From: Macrostomum lignano
Lineage: Eukaryota
DNA: 64,000 nt
Assembly (NCBI GenBank): GCA_002269645.1
Contig: NIVC01001175.1
Span: 1 to 64,000, forward strand
Direction of reading: 5' to 3'
Shown piece after piece: positions 25,301-35,638 of this stretch (its first letter is position 1; each line of letters opens with the position of its first letter). The notes beneath the pieces are model-generated. The model was given only the letters and a program-made list of their open reading frames with translations, had not been told where the DNA came from and made no database searches. The position numbers and the translations under genes were made by a program.

Positions 25301-25353
25301 CGTATCACATGAGAATGCGTGACTTGCATGCACAGGTTTGCGCTATCGGGCAT
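16303..25353 (-). CDS. SACS: Sacsin-like protein, single exon, 3016 aa: two sacsin repeat regions (HSP90/GHKL-like ATPase fold), degenerate J-like segment, Gly-rich linker, C-terminal HEPN domain
   Basis: Uninterrupted 9-kb ORF. Repeat A: GQSEPLTRRL..KELLQNADDAGA..GRFGLGFNSVY..GTLLRLPLR. Repeat B from about aa 1098: FGQHEDLTTRL..KELIQNADDAGA..GQYGIGFNCVY..GTVFRLPLR. C-terminus AARYLKTAR..WACYISWQATEKALKA..SHQL..CRYP matches the sacsin HEPN. The ATG shared with the other copy is at 25254 (MAQTSDG, context AGAATGG) and may be the true start. Confidence 0.93.
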   Translation of the reverse strand: MPDSANLCMQVTHSHVIRNHSSSLSKSYSQASRMAQTSDGLRLRGQSEPLTRRLKRLLDEYSDGLAVPKELLQNADDAGATEVTLLYDCRENSDWRVSESLLDPAMADCQGRALWAFNNATFSDEDFDNILQLSGATKLEKTAKVGRFGLGFNSVYNLTDVPQILSRHRMLILDPHGERRGEGYLEAVYASHGDRDTGVELDFQAQPRWLDRYANQFAPFTGVSGCNLQADEGNFAGTLLRLPLRTEAQAAKSKICDRVYSDSEIRSLLRLAAEQADAMLLFTQTVQTFRCLFLPSNATDPSKQTQLVFCVHKSPLRYFQRHAIALPPLPIAGMSQADQEFAAQSSILKVAEALIESATQGGSGRDQAHRCQATVEVEVQLGDSAHDQFQISTAASTRVWLVCAAVGTGQSLAVALEQHRLGLAPVGAVALPIEQSDRIVPLSHDTQPASLLFCFLPLPVENPFPVMLNASFSVTSSRRHLNEVTVDEKQGVWSLGEWNRVLLTDVICSAYIDALKILSGMSLVNAEISQELWPRFDRATQSVWRPLIEKFYASLLDGQASIFHTSAGWKSFGHTVFLDPSILSLGGISDCLSRLATRLVGQHEGVASLTDGVRRTVEQLGLTNKILQRQWSGETLLLNLVPNMPRLWQSGYSEDCFRALKFMLDVISGGGNVDWSSASRIVTQSVVNQLKQSYCIPNVGNALCQPLQLLDSSCQAAKLFEMNASVFPHSDLQTPDQLKALRTVGLRTDLNWAELLSRAQSVAALSETQRTERTVLLLSYLDSFRSRFSNQPISQLRNVAFLPALKKANDSCLVWLSDQYPKMQLFQPCQLFDASCKDLVSASQLIMDETVLRDVASSSRQDLLAQIGVLNVSYVANEVAWKQLVALAGTQAGNEETLRVSRCVYRHLSAQISSGYLNANSVLCMVNQTPNIIWSPSGFIRAAQVSLSRSDAGFEPFLHVLPSELSGIQCDSFFKVAGVNQKFTASHYAGVLEILSQRYSSAPLTPGDLDLSLKILDQIGHCRDEALATESLLAPDHSRILRPCTQLCFNNLPWMQSVQLPNETFFCHKNISFGLCQKLGIPNQRESMLAQAMQPLPFGQHEDLTTRLQNIISGYPLGIELFKELIQNADDAGASKISFIIDRRHHGTEKVLSDSWKELQGPALLVYNDSTFSDADIEGIQNLGLGSKRDDAWKAGQYGIGFNCVYNITDAPSFLSDGNIFCVMDPHCRYMPGATLSSPGGMYKNVECLKDTFRDVFAGYCPESLKQTGGTVFRLPLRTINPAKKSRICERSVSADDIKQLFDEFKNELGRTALFLLNIREVQLSEVSADNKLTTVFAAKLEVENVLGCFDNFKEACETASQQLRSRGAQLSRIPVSSVTYELTVSGTGTNFKQRWLVFQKLGGRLDNMPAQLQQQVASGKWRLLPKTGVAAPISMTETCKIEGHVYCLLPLPVPTALPVHVNGHFILDPSRRSLWKADGAVDVKEQWNQVLATQLLPDCYGSLLEAAKTVYPNVQNVHHFYSLLPEYHASNQTLWGQLAKLVFQNAFRFRWAIFPVHSVLEKQLKWLPLAQSSGDVSGSAAFLTPYNLTEYLQNILSKLRFPIMVLDHVGLRQSLESSQLEFTPVADAVSICAFLGGPACKQLRDSLPSDVSAASFQTPEAVVSLLKYLLDELQDEVQHLIGVPLNLGAGNRLSEFGNGSTPLFLTQFHDLFSHSEAKHEFVHKKVLSQLDSKRQNYLIQKQLCKKFQLMDFRTLLHREHAAICRTDSAFLPYSEFGMEEEFLKQWLNRVWEFLDSQCTDEAVPQQNFSSVGLSSAHLIPVNQSRFASLSLAPCIYEPIRFGLDDCSKAVEESLQQLNAPSLSMTGLKLVGSLCGNVRQPESMLRVMEFALNENAERSATTEKQAVSFLVYIQSNWGELSKRMGEQNLLARVRQLPVFVTSDGRCCALKSEQACILPASLVADEMDEWKSSSKAIFLKANWSLTMLYAKLQCDEMAELEVYAKFILPVFSKFTDDTRKKHLEKLRELSWKFERVQVEDPNKFQMLSQSLRAAKLVPFDGQWRSVNTFYDGNVEIFKKFLQPQCFLPTPYNEERWRTLMKFSGLILECTAAIAISFASELQTQGAIGITDELSKKSEALLQFIDSYEFRKDRTESVVRQLAGIQFIVANKDGALQSLCQSDRIRMASLSQCALFEARFLCWTAMPYGPSCVGQDSCFANSAMPVSDAIFLRHVVNLFSAATFTSADLRGEVATLRSYVMHSVYSRLSTIMNSAAVQSILFLKDIPCVLIKTEGYKSFFISANRITHDKNSAILPYIHECPQEFSQFRKLFAKLGATESATIEQLRLALELIQNEQQGSLRAEQLNSVSHCLSSIIVLLERGGRLQFQSDRVLFLPKRSQHQDSSTEAAFELVDCRCLTINDSEAHNNRLVDAQDVQFLDLRFCKLGTDKLQRLYFHLAADMGLKKLSDNVSERLLSDTNKLCSDGERCESLRGLQAKLSHPVLHLCIVSIMLHGNKDLSGKGDERLAAVKSLISRFSVVCLSELRTCLLLDGVEQQDSEQDKNFFLDGQRILMNHSTIPDEIGGDGRQLWQMDFIKIIMQVLNNGVKILPEQKSYLIQVLLMDSPDSMLAVLRGLGIALHQTSEQQFAEPSASDDSMLGEPVPEFEQCLLKQLPDRPRDIVNRIVAYRNGDGRLVYARVVERHPGGSDNPWTSEFTIKIGEGSKLRVSMSALFSFEERSFAQANQNNGEDIATTVDHLLSSAASLPTEQQRQIFQRILAHYSNSDESFNQVRTRAANHGWTRQFDQCIGGWREQTIRVTRYRQILIAEEVVVTMRSRSYGGGGWSGGGGGGGCAFRYLGRSGSSRGGGSASFFCSSGGANFAKPSPDDAARYLKTARHDVRSAARLAEAGEYNWACYISWQATEKALKALLLGQGQPIERSHQLSQHLSCVSSSDLQSSLAGHVADLAGAMVDDCRYPSDRSRPRVPSEVFGAEQAARALQGAEGVERCVSSEFAE

Positions 25354-27188
25354 TGTGTTGGAAACCCTAATCTTCTTTTTAGTCGTTGTCCAACAAACTT
25401 TTGCTATTTGACGCGTTTAGTCTGTTCGATTCAAAATAATGATTGATAAAGTAACATGTCCGTGTGATTTTAATGCTGTCAGTTAATTTTTACGGGTGTA
25501 CGAGCGTACGTATATTAGCTGACCGATTCTAAGAAGGTTTTCAGACCATCTCTTTGGAGAAACCTTTCTGTCTGTGCAGAATTATAAGTTAATTTATTCA
25601 AAACGACTTTGACAATCTCGGTTTAGTTCTAAACCTGAAAAGTCTTTAAACTGACATTTACTAATAAAAAAATATGATCTGCAGCTTATTATTTGTGCAG
25701 CAGAAAAGTTCAAAGAAAGGTTTTCGTATAAAATCCAGCATCGAATAAAAAGGCCTTCAATATCGCAACTTTTTCAAAGTCTACTCTCCTACAGTGCGGC
25801 TGCTCCGCCTTCTGGTTGGAAAGCGAAAATCTGCCATTTTACTGCAACGAGTATTTTACGAGTACTTCAGTAGCACACAGGCACGCTTGTAGGCAAAGCA
25901 AGAAGCTCACGACACCACTGCCCAAGTAGAAAAGAACAAAGAGCTCTGAGTTCTGAATCGAAAGTGCCCTGCGCAAACAAAGTACTGAACAAAGAGTAGA
26001 CACTTTGAGTCGTGATTGGAGAAAAATAGCATTTATTTGTTGGCCTGGGCCGCCATTGTATTGGTTTTGAACTCTGAGCTCTGAATTCTGATTTCTCGCC
26101 TGTGATCTTATTATACTCCACAGTTAGATTTCTTACCATTTCATTTGAATTTGAACTGAACTTCAGCCAGAATCTGCATGCTATATTGCTATATACGAGT
26201 ACTTACATTTACATACGAGCACATACTTACACACTTACAATAGCACACAAGCTCCAAATTGAACAATTTTCGTAGAAGGAGTGTCAAAGTTATTAGTGCG
26301 CCAGAGGCAAGGCTACATTTATATATCCCCTTTTTGCTTTTCCCTTAACACGCCAGGGTACTACGAAAGATCTGAAGCCCATAGTTCGTGTCATTTTATT
26401 TTAGAGGGAAGTAGGCCCCAGAGACCAAGAAATAGTTCAACTAGGCTGTGTTGTATCTCTAATAGATAATCGGCTTAGCTTAATAATCCGCTCAGTCGCG
26501 GTGGCCGTCTTCAGTATATTTGCATACGGTTACAGTCACGCGTATAATTGTCTATGGCCAAAGCCACACAAACCAAGGCTGGGGATACACCAGACTGCAC
26601 TTTGGACGAAAAAAGCGGGACTTAAACTCCATTGAAAACTGGCACGTGGCGCCGCTCTCCCACCCCAACACGAGGGTAGCTGTGGAAGCTCGCTCACTTG
26701 TCACTCCAGATTCCGGGGTTGCTTGAGTTTGGGAAACGGTCTCTTGGAAAAGTTATTTGATAGCTGACAGCAGCTGTTATTGGATTGTGATTTAAGAGAC
26801 AAGACTATCTTTGTCATTGCTTTGCAGAGAAGCAATGAAAAACTGGGGGGGGGGGGTAGGAGGGTGACTAATTTATTTAATTGTACACCACTGAATATGC
26901 AAAAAGCACACATAGCTTCATGCGCTTGGTGCCCAAGACCCCGCCCCCTGCTACAGTCTATACATTTCTACTCGCTCTACTTTGTTTACCTGCTCTTTCC
27001 TCCCAGTCCCCTATCCCCTAAGTCCTTGGTTAGCACAATTGCCACCATAGCGCAAAATGGGGGAAGAGCTTCTCACAGTCCACTGATGCTATTTCTAGAA
27101 GCCTCTTGAGAGTACAGTTATTCAGCTGCCTTTGTATTGGTGCAGTGCATGCTCATCTTATGATGTATTAATATTTATTAGGTTACCC

Positions 27189-27694
27189 CACAGATAGATG
27201 GGCCACTGGCGTGTATATATACTTTGTAAAACAGCTTTCTACTTCTAGAACTTCTAGTTAAGTAGCAAAGAAGAATACATAAGCTATTTTTATAAAAAAT
27301 AAAGGCAGCTAAAATGACTTCGATAAGTTTAGAAACCCAAGCTTGCAGGCGTAATAGACAGCTTGCTAATTGGTTCAGCAATAATGTACATTGGCCAGTC
27401 CGCTAAAATGTACATGGCAGCTTTGGACTTCAATTCCCGGGAAAGTCAATAGAAAAATGGGGCGGGACGGGGGGGGGTTGGTGTGGAAAGGCGCCGGTTA
27501 GAGGGTTTAAGCTGGGGGTGGGGGTAAAAGTCAATAAATAAGCCTTGGCTTTAAAAATACACTAAATGCTTTCGTTTAACTTACTTCTGAACTGAAAGTA
27601 TAGACTACACGCAAATGTGCCGAGTGGCTATAATAATGATAATAACTATAACTTAATACTAAAAATTCTAACAATAGTTATTCTAGTATCTGTG
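27189..27694 (+). mobile_element. CACAGAT MITE, copy 3
   Basis: Interior homologous to 7507-7929 (AAACAGCTTTCTACTT, TTGCTAATTGGTTCAGCAAT, AAATGTACATGGCAGCTTT); left TIR partly deleted. Confidence 0.7.
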
Positions 27695-27939
27695 GCATGC
27701 CCCGGATATCTGGCCCAACGTGTACGAGAAACTGTAACTGTCCAATCTGAGATCTCTTATTTACAGTTTACACACATTTACACAGGTCAAAAAGAATGCA
27801 GTCAGCAAGAATTAGAAGGTATTTATTTAAGTAAAAACTGGCAACCAACTTTAAATAAACAGTTGGGTTATTCCGGGGCCGGTGCTCTCCTGAGGGTGTT
27901 CTAAACGTACACTCACTACCCGGCTCTCTCTCTCTCTCT

Positions 27940-27987
<48 letters not shown>

Positions 27988-28110
27988 GTCTCGGTTTTGA
28001 TCTGTTGACTCCCCCCGTGTTTTGTTATTACAATCTTGTGCATCACTGACTATCTGCCACTGAAATGTATTTACACTCTACGTTTTGACTTAAATAAAAT
28101 AAATTCCAAT

Positions 28111-28150
28111 CTGCCCGATGATGCCTAAAGTTAGGCGAAACATGTCGTTC
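28111..28150 (+). ncRNA. Degenerate minimal hammerhead-ribozyme-like motif (Penelope-like element type)
   Basis: CCGATGA-T-GCCTAA(AG)TTAGGC-GAAAC-AT-GTC: core with C at the U4 position, 6-bp stem II, palindromic stem III ACATGT, GUC triplet; stem I weak. Confidence 0.4.
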
Positions 28151-28807
28151 TAATGAAAATGCTCGCAATCTCCTTTCTTTGTATTTTATAATGTTTCGTG
28201 AAGTTGGAAACTGAGCCCTATATCTCTTTTACAAGAGGTAAGTATAGTAAGGTTTATACATTAATATTTATTTGCCTATATTAAAACATCTTGATTATTT
28301 AAGCAAGAGATGATTAAGAACCAGGATCCATTTCAGAACATGTGAAGCCACACGAAAGACTTTTTGAACAAAACAAAAACACTGTTCTCGGCAACAGTGA
28401 TCATGATCAGTGACCATTGACACGTGCAATCGATTTATTGATCACATTTATTCGGTTATCACTGCTAAAGCTATCGGTAGGGATTAAAAACTCCAAGAAT
28501 TTTTGCCTAGGTGTATGTAGCTCTCAACTCAATTGCAGAAAACTACCTGGCTATCAGGCTATTGATTTCTCGGTTGCTTTGTTCGATTTGACTCGAACAG
28601 AAGGAGTCTTGAGGAGTTCGAAGAGTCTTGCATTGCCAAAGTAGAAACAAAGTGGATGGGGTGGAGATGGGACGGGTACACCTAGGGAACGAGAAAGACG
28701 CAGCTTCTGTTGCTTACTCATTGGCTGCTCAAAAGAATTTCCGCGGAATTCCTTTGATGCTCCGCAAAGAAATGTCATTTTTCCGTGCACCCAACTGTAG
28801 ATAGCAG

Positions 28808-31800
28808 ACCCCAGTCCCTCACACAGCACACACACCAGTCCCTCACACAGCACACACACCAGTCCCTCACACAGCACACACACCAGTCCCTCACACAGCA
28901 CACACACCAGTCCCTCACACAGCACACACACCAGTCCCTCACACAGCACAGACACCAGTCCCTAACACAGCACAGACACCAGTCCCTCAAACAGCACACA
29001 CACCAGTCCCTCACACAGCATAGACACCAGTCCACCAGTCCCTCACACAGCACACACACCAGTCCCTCACACAGCACTGACACCAGTCCCTCACACAGCA
29101 CACACACCAGTCCCTCACACAGCACAGACACCAGTCCCTCACACAGCACACACACCAGTCCCTCACACAGCACTGACACAAGTCCACCAGTCCCTCACAC
29201 AGCACACACACCAGTCCCTCACACAGCACAGACACAAGTCCCTAACACAGCACAGACACCAGTCCCTCACACAGCACACATACCATTCCCTAACACACCA
29301 CAGACACCAGTCTACCAGTCCCTAACACAGCCCAGACACCAGTCCACCAGTCCCTCACACAGCACTGACACCAGTCCCTCACACAGCACTGACACCAGTC
29401 CCTCACACAGCACTGACACCAGTCCCTCACACAGCACACACACCAGTCCCTCACTCAGCACACACAGCAGCCACTCACACAGCACAGACACCAGTCCCTC
29501 ACACAGCACACACACCAGTCCCTCACACAGCACAGACACCAGTCCACCAGTCCCTCACTCAGCACACACACCAGTCACTCACACAGCACAGACACCAGTC
29601 CCTCACACAGAACACACACCAGTCCCTCACACAGCACAGACACAAGTCCCTAACACACCACAGACACCAGTCCACCAGTCCCTCACACAGCACACACACC
29701 CAGTCCCTCACACAGCATAGACACCAGTCCACCAGTCCCTCACACAGCACACACACCAGTCCCTCACACAGCACACACACCAGTCCCTCACACAGCACAG
29801 ACACAAGTCCCTAACACACCACAGACACCAGTCCACCAGTCCCTCACACAGCACAGACACAAGTCCCTAACACACCACAGACACCAGTCCACCAGTCCCT
29901 CACACAGCACACACACCCAGTCCCTCACACAGCACACACACCAGTCCCTCACACAGCACACACACCAGTCCCTCACACAGCACACACACCAGTCCCTCAC
30001 ACAGCACACACACCAGTCCCTCACACAGCACAGACACCAGTCCCTAACACAGCACAGACACCAGTCCCTCAAACAGCACACACACCAGTCCCTCACACAG
30101 CATAGACACCAGTCCACCAGTCCCTCACACAGCACACACACCAGTCCCTCACACAGCACTGACACCAGTCCCTCACACAGCACACACACCAGTCCCTCAC
30201 ACAGCACAGACACCAGTCCCTCACACAGCACACACACCAGTCCCTCACACAGCACTGACACAAGTCCACCAGTCCCTCACACAGCACACACACCAGTCCC
30301 TCACACAGCACAGACACAAGTCCCTAACACAGCACAGACACCAGTCCCTCACACAGCACACATACCATTCCCTAACACACCACAGACACCAGTCTACCAG
30401 TCCCTAACACAGCCCAGACACCAGTCCACCAGTCCCTCACACAGCACTGACACCAGTCCCTCACACAGCACTGACACCAGTCCCTCACACAGCACTGACA
30501 CCAGTCCCTCACACAGCACACACACCAGTCCCTCACTCAGCACACACAGCAGTCACTCACACAGCACAGACACCAGTCCCTCACACAGCACACACACCAG
30601 TCCCTCACACAGCACAGACACCAGTCCACCAGTCCCTCACTCAGCACACACACCAGTCACTCACACAGCACAGACACCAGTCCCTCACACAGAACACACA
30701 CCAGTCCCTCACACAGCACAGACACAAGTCCCTAACACACCACAGACACCAGTCCACCAGTCCCTCACACAGCACACACACCCAGTCCCTCACACAGCAT
30801 AGACACCAGTCCACCAGTCCCTCACACAGCACACACACCAGTCCCTCACACAGCACACACACCAGTCCCTCACACAGCACAGACACAAGTCCCTAACACA
30901 CCACAGACACCAGTCCACCAGTCCCTCACACAGCACAGACACAAGTCCCTAACACACCACAGACACCAGTCCACCAGTCCCTCACACAGCACACACACCC
31001 AGTCCCTCACACAGCATAGACACCAGTCCACCAGTCCCTCACACAGCACACACACCAGTCCCTCACACAGCATAGACACCAGTCCACCAGTCCCTCACAC
31101 AGCACACACACCAGTCCCTCACACAGCACACACACCAGTCACTCACACAGCACAGACACCAGTCCCTCACACAGCACACACACCAGTCCCTCACACAGCA
31201 CACACACCAGTCCCTAACACAGCATAGACACCAGTCCACCAGTCCCTCACACAGCACTGACACAAGTCCACCAGTCCCTCACACAGCACACACACCAGTC
31301 CCTCACGCAGCACACACACCCAGTCCCTCACACAGCATAGACACCAGTCCACCAGTCCCTCGCACAGCACACACACCAGTCCCTAACACAGCATAGACAC
31401 CAGTCCACCAGTCCCTCACACAGCACTGACACAAGTCCACCAGTCCCTCACACAGCACACACACCAGTCCCTCACACAGCACACACACCCAGTCCCTCAC
31501 ACAGCATAGACACTAGTCCACCAGTCCCTCACACAGCACACACACCAGTCCCTCACACAGCACACACACCAGTCCCTAACACAGCACAGACACCAGTCCA
31601 CCAGTCCCTCACTCAGCACACACACTAGTCCCTCACACAGCACAGACACCAGTTCACCAGTCCCTCACACAGCACACACACCAGTCCCTAACACAGCACA
31701 GATACCAGTCCACCAATCCCTCACTCAGCACACACACCAGTCACTCACACAGCACAGACACCAGTCCCTCACACAGCACACACACCAGTCCTTAACACAG

Positions 31801-32275
31801 CACAGACACCAGTCCCTCACACAGCACACACACCAGTCCCTCACACAGCACAGACACCAGTCCACCAGTCCCTCACTCAGCACACACACCAGTCACTCAC
31901 ACAGCACAGACACCAGTCCCTCACACAGCACACACACCAGTCCCTCACACAGCACAGACACAAGTCCCTAACACACCACAGACACCAGTCCACCAGTCCC
32001 TCACACAGCACACACACCCAGTCCCTAACACAGCACAGACACCAGTCCACTAGTCCCTAACACAGCACAGACACCAGTCCACCAGTCCCTCATACAGCAT
32101 AGACACCAGTCCCTCACACAGCACACACACCAGTCCCTCACACAGCGCAGACACCAGTCCCTCACACAGCACACACACCAGTCCCTCACACAGCACACAC
32201 ACACCAGTCCCTCACACAGCACAGACACCAGTCCCTCACACAGCACACACACCAGTCCCTCACACAGCAGACACC
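28808..32275. repeat. 3.5-kb 24-bp minisatellite (CCAGTCCCTCACACAGCACASACA) with variant units and about 1082-bp higher-order duplication
   Basis: Well over 100 units; identical ORF-track translations recur at +1082 (29011/30093, 29559/30641). Confidence 0.95.
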
Positions 32276-32934
32276 AGCGTGATGATAAACACAGACACTT
32301 AGATATGGCTAAAAAGTCCACTAATTCTAAAAGCACAGCGTGCCAATAATAATTCGAAGGTAGAATTGCAAGTAAAATTGAAGCTGGATGAAAATTCTTA
32401 CCTTTATTTAACTTTATAGAGATGTAGAAAAACAATCGATAGAATTATTTTCTTTCTATTGAGAGAGATTTTACGTCCAGATAATCCAGTAATTGTGTAT
32501 TTTTTGCGACCTGTTAATGGATTCTTGCAAGAATTATTTTCGTATATAATGTGGGTATTGGATTCCTAATGTAGAATTATAGCTATATACTGTCGCGTTT
32601 CCCAACGAGATTCCATTTCCAGGAAATTCACTGTACGCTATGAATTTTAATGCACACAGAAATTTCTTGGAAATTTTTCAACCAGACTATTGAGCTTAAA
32701 AAATAAGAATGTGCATCATAATTCAAAAGAATCTGGCAATAGCTACTCTGGCGAAAAAAGCCTAAACTCAGTGGTGCGGGCTGGCCTAAATTCCTATTAC
32801 TCGTATTAAGAAGCATAGCACAAAGCATTCCTGGGGGTAGAAAGGTGGAGAATAAAGGCGGTTTTTTTAATTCATCGGCACGTGCGTTGTCATGAGCAGT
32901 ATTGACATTACCGCTAGCTACTGTCTCCACAGCT

Positions 32935-33200
32935 AAAGAGGCTCTTCATATTGCTTGTTCTGGTTCTAGAACCAGAACCAGTTTGTAAAGTATAACTTTT
33001 TGTCTCCTTCACTAGAGGGATATACTTGCTATAAACTCTTAATTATTGAATGAAAATCGCCAAGAAGAAAGTGAAAAATTGTGCAAAGTGCGGCTGTTAA
33101 GGCAGTCAAATATTAACAGAGTTAGATAATTATACTGCTGTTTTTCTTGGAAGATCCGAACCAATTCTGGTTCTGGAATTGGTAATGTGAAGAGGCTTAA
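32935..33200. mobile_element. Possible short TIR element
   Basis: GCTCTTCATATTGC versus reverse complement of GTAATGTGAAGAGGC; internal CTGGTTCTAGAACCAG palindrome; absent from the homologous site near 9300. Confidence 0.35.
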
Positions 33201-33467
33201 AGTCTCAGTCACTTAACGCGTCTCCTGCGCCCGAGCGTTACTCGTATATAGCAGTCACAAAATCACAAGAGCTACAATAAAATAACGAATGTTCCTATAA
33301 AACTCCTAGTTTTTTCAATAAAGTGCCTTTTAATAAACTGTCCAGTTTTCCCTAAAAACCTTGTTTTTCAACATCAAAATTTACAACCAGTTTTTTCTCT
33401 AACAATTTTCTTGAAATCCATTTTTATGCGCTGATTCTGTAAAAATCTGTATATTTCCTGCACAAAG

Positions 33468-34032
33468 TGTCACGAATAACGAATAAGGCGGAAAGACGAC
33501 TTCTTTGTTGTAGCGGATAATTTGATTAATTTATAATCCAGCAGCCGATCCTACCCTTAGCGAACTTGCAGATTTAGGATATTTATTTAGTATAATTGGA
33601 TAGTTGGATTGGTACTAGTTTGATGCGTCTACTAGCAATTTGATGCGACAGCTAAGGGGCCCGCAAGCTTGGGCGAGAAGCGGAGCGAAGAAGAAAAGTG
33701 TATATTTAGAGGAAAAAGATAACACCACCCTTAATCCAAAAACCAGACAAACCCCCCCACGCGCAATGTAATGTACAAATTAATCGATAAAATACATCGT
33801 GCAAGAATATCATAACGCCAGTACATGTACGAGAAATTATACGGTATGGATGAAATACAAATAATAAAATAAATACATACGAGGCTACAGAAACAAAGCA
33901 TTTTACAGTAACATAAGCGCAATAAAAATACGTATAGAATATTGTTAAAATAAATTAAAGAATACAAGTAGTACATGCGAGCGAGATAAGGAGATACGGT
34001 ACACATATACTGCTACGAATTACACTGTCACA
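33468..34032. mobile_element. Solo-LTR-like element, 565 bp
   Basis: TGTCAC...GTCACA termini with 4-bp TSD AAAG (33464-33467, 34033-34036). Confidence 0.6.
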
Positions 34033-34632
34033 AAAGTGCACTCTCCCTCCCCGCATTGGAAAAAGAGTGAGTGACTAAGTGGGGAGAGGCCTGTGATTTT
34101 GTGAGGGCGCAAAACCCAGTGGCTTGGGCTGCCCCTATTTCGCCCTGCTCGCCCCGTCTCGTGTATCCATGCAACACCCACAGACCAAACACTAAACAGA
34201 TACATTATACTCGCACTTCTTTGAATGTGTCTTCTTTCTGTTATACTGTAATGCTTCTGCTACGAGTGTGTATGCTTATTTACAAGACTTCTTGCACACT
34301 GTCTACATTCTACATTATAGCTCCAGTACTAGTTCTTCTATTTCTAAATGTAACAATTCTTACAATAAGTAGTGTGTTTTACATGTACTTCTTTGCCTGT
34401 TGACCCTGTGCCTATCTATACGCCCAACAGTATATTTGGTCTAGTGGCTAAACTCATTCGCTTTTGTATGCGCACAGCCTTGTCTAGAAACCCCAATTTT
34501 TCACTAATGAAATCCGTAGCCTATTACTGATTAATAGGCTATTACTGTAGTACACCCGGGAGCGCCTATTTGGGACCGGAGCCTGGTGGCCGAGGGAGAG
34601 AGATGGAGGAGATATAAGGTGAGATGTAGGGT

Positions 34633-34663
<31 letters not shown>

Positions 34664-35638
34664 CGAGAGGCAGGGAGAGATGCAGGGTAGGACGCCAGCA
34701 AATGGGGAGGAGCCGATATTGATCGAACACCGACCTCAGTCTACAAAGTCCCTAAGTTTTAAGAACTAAATTTTAAGAATCCTCAGTTTGTAATGGCTTA
34801 TGGCTGAAATGTTTGTCTCACAGGGTAAGTTTAAGGCTCAGTACGGAGGTTTAACAATTGGATTCCCAAGGGTCACTTAGGAATCGTTGATAGGCCAAGC
34901 AACAAATGGAGAGTAAGAGATAGAGCATGGTGATGCCAAGGTGATGCCAAACTTTGATGCCAGCTCTCAATGTGGATGCTGATTTCTTAAGCTAGATTTG
35001 TCCCGCGCTTTTGTAAATTTTCAAAAACAAATAAGAAACCTGCTCGTTCAAGGAAAACTAGACTGTCAAGTTTCGAAGAAGAATTTTGATCAGTAAGATT
35101 ATATATACATATATTTAAATAGTATATTGTAGTTCGTATATGCAAAAACATTTGCAATTTTTCGGTTAGAAAATCGCGCATACGACACAGTCGTATCAGG
35201 CGGTCTGTATCACAGTGACGCCAAATTTCTTCTAAGCTTCAGTACTTGCATGAAAGGTTGAGCATTCTATTTGAACAATATGCAGTCTGGTTGCTTTAAA
35301 AAACTCTCCCTTAGAAGTTCAAACCCATGTTATAAGTATAGAACATGCGAATCAATGGAGTTGTATTATAGCAGTAGAAGCATCATTGTATCGGGCGCTC
35401 ACATTCATGATACTCTTAGAAGCGATGTTTCAAAGAGGTGAACAAACATATTTTACGAATTTAAACAACTGCAATTTCGCACTGAACTCTTGACCATCGT
35501 TAAACATTGGTTTGAATCGTCGAAAATGAAGAATCTGGTGAGGCAAATAGTTGGGTGATATTACATGTAACACAAGTTTTCAGTTTGAAGTAAGAGCTTC
35601 TTAAGAGGCTCAGTTAAAAGAGATCCGTTTCGAAATCA

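Noticed and set aside
16303-25353. Recent horizontal transfer from bacteria suggested by a 9-kb intronless ORF
   Set aside because: Animal sacsins are known to have giant exons, and the repeat-J-HEPN order and linker motifs match animal sacsin; only a phylogeny could revive this idea.
28808-32275. CRISPR-like arrays (this and the other 16-42 bp repeats)
   Set aside because: Units are directly adjacent with no unique spacers, there are no cas genes and the context is eukaryotic.
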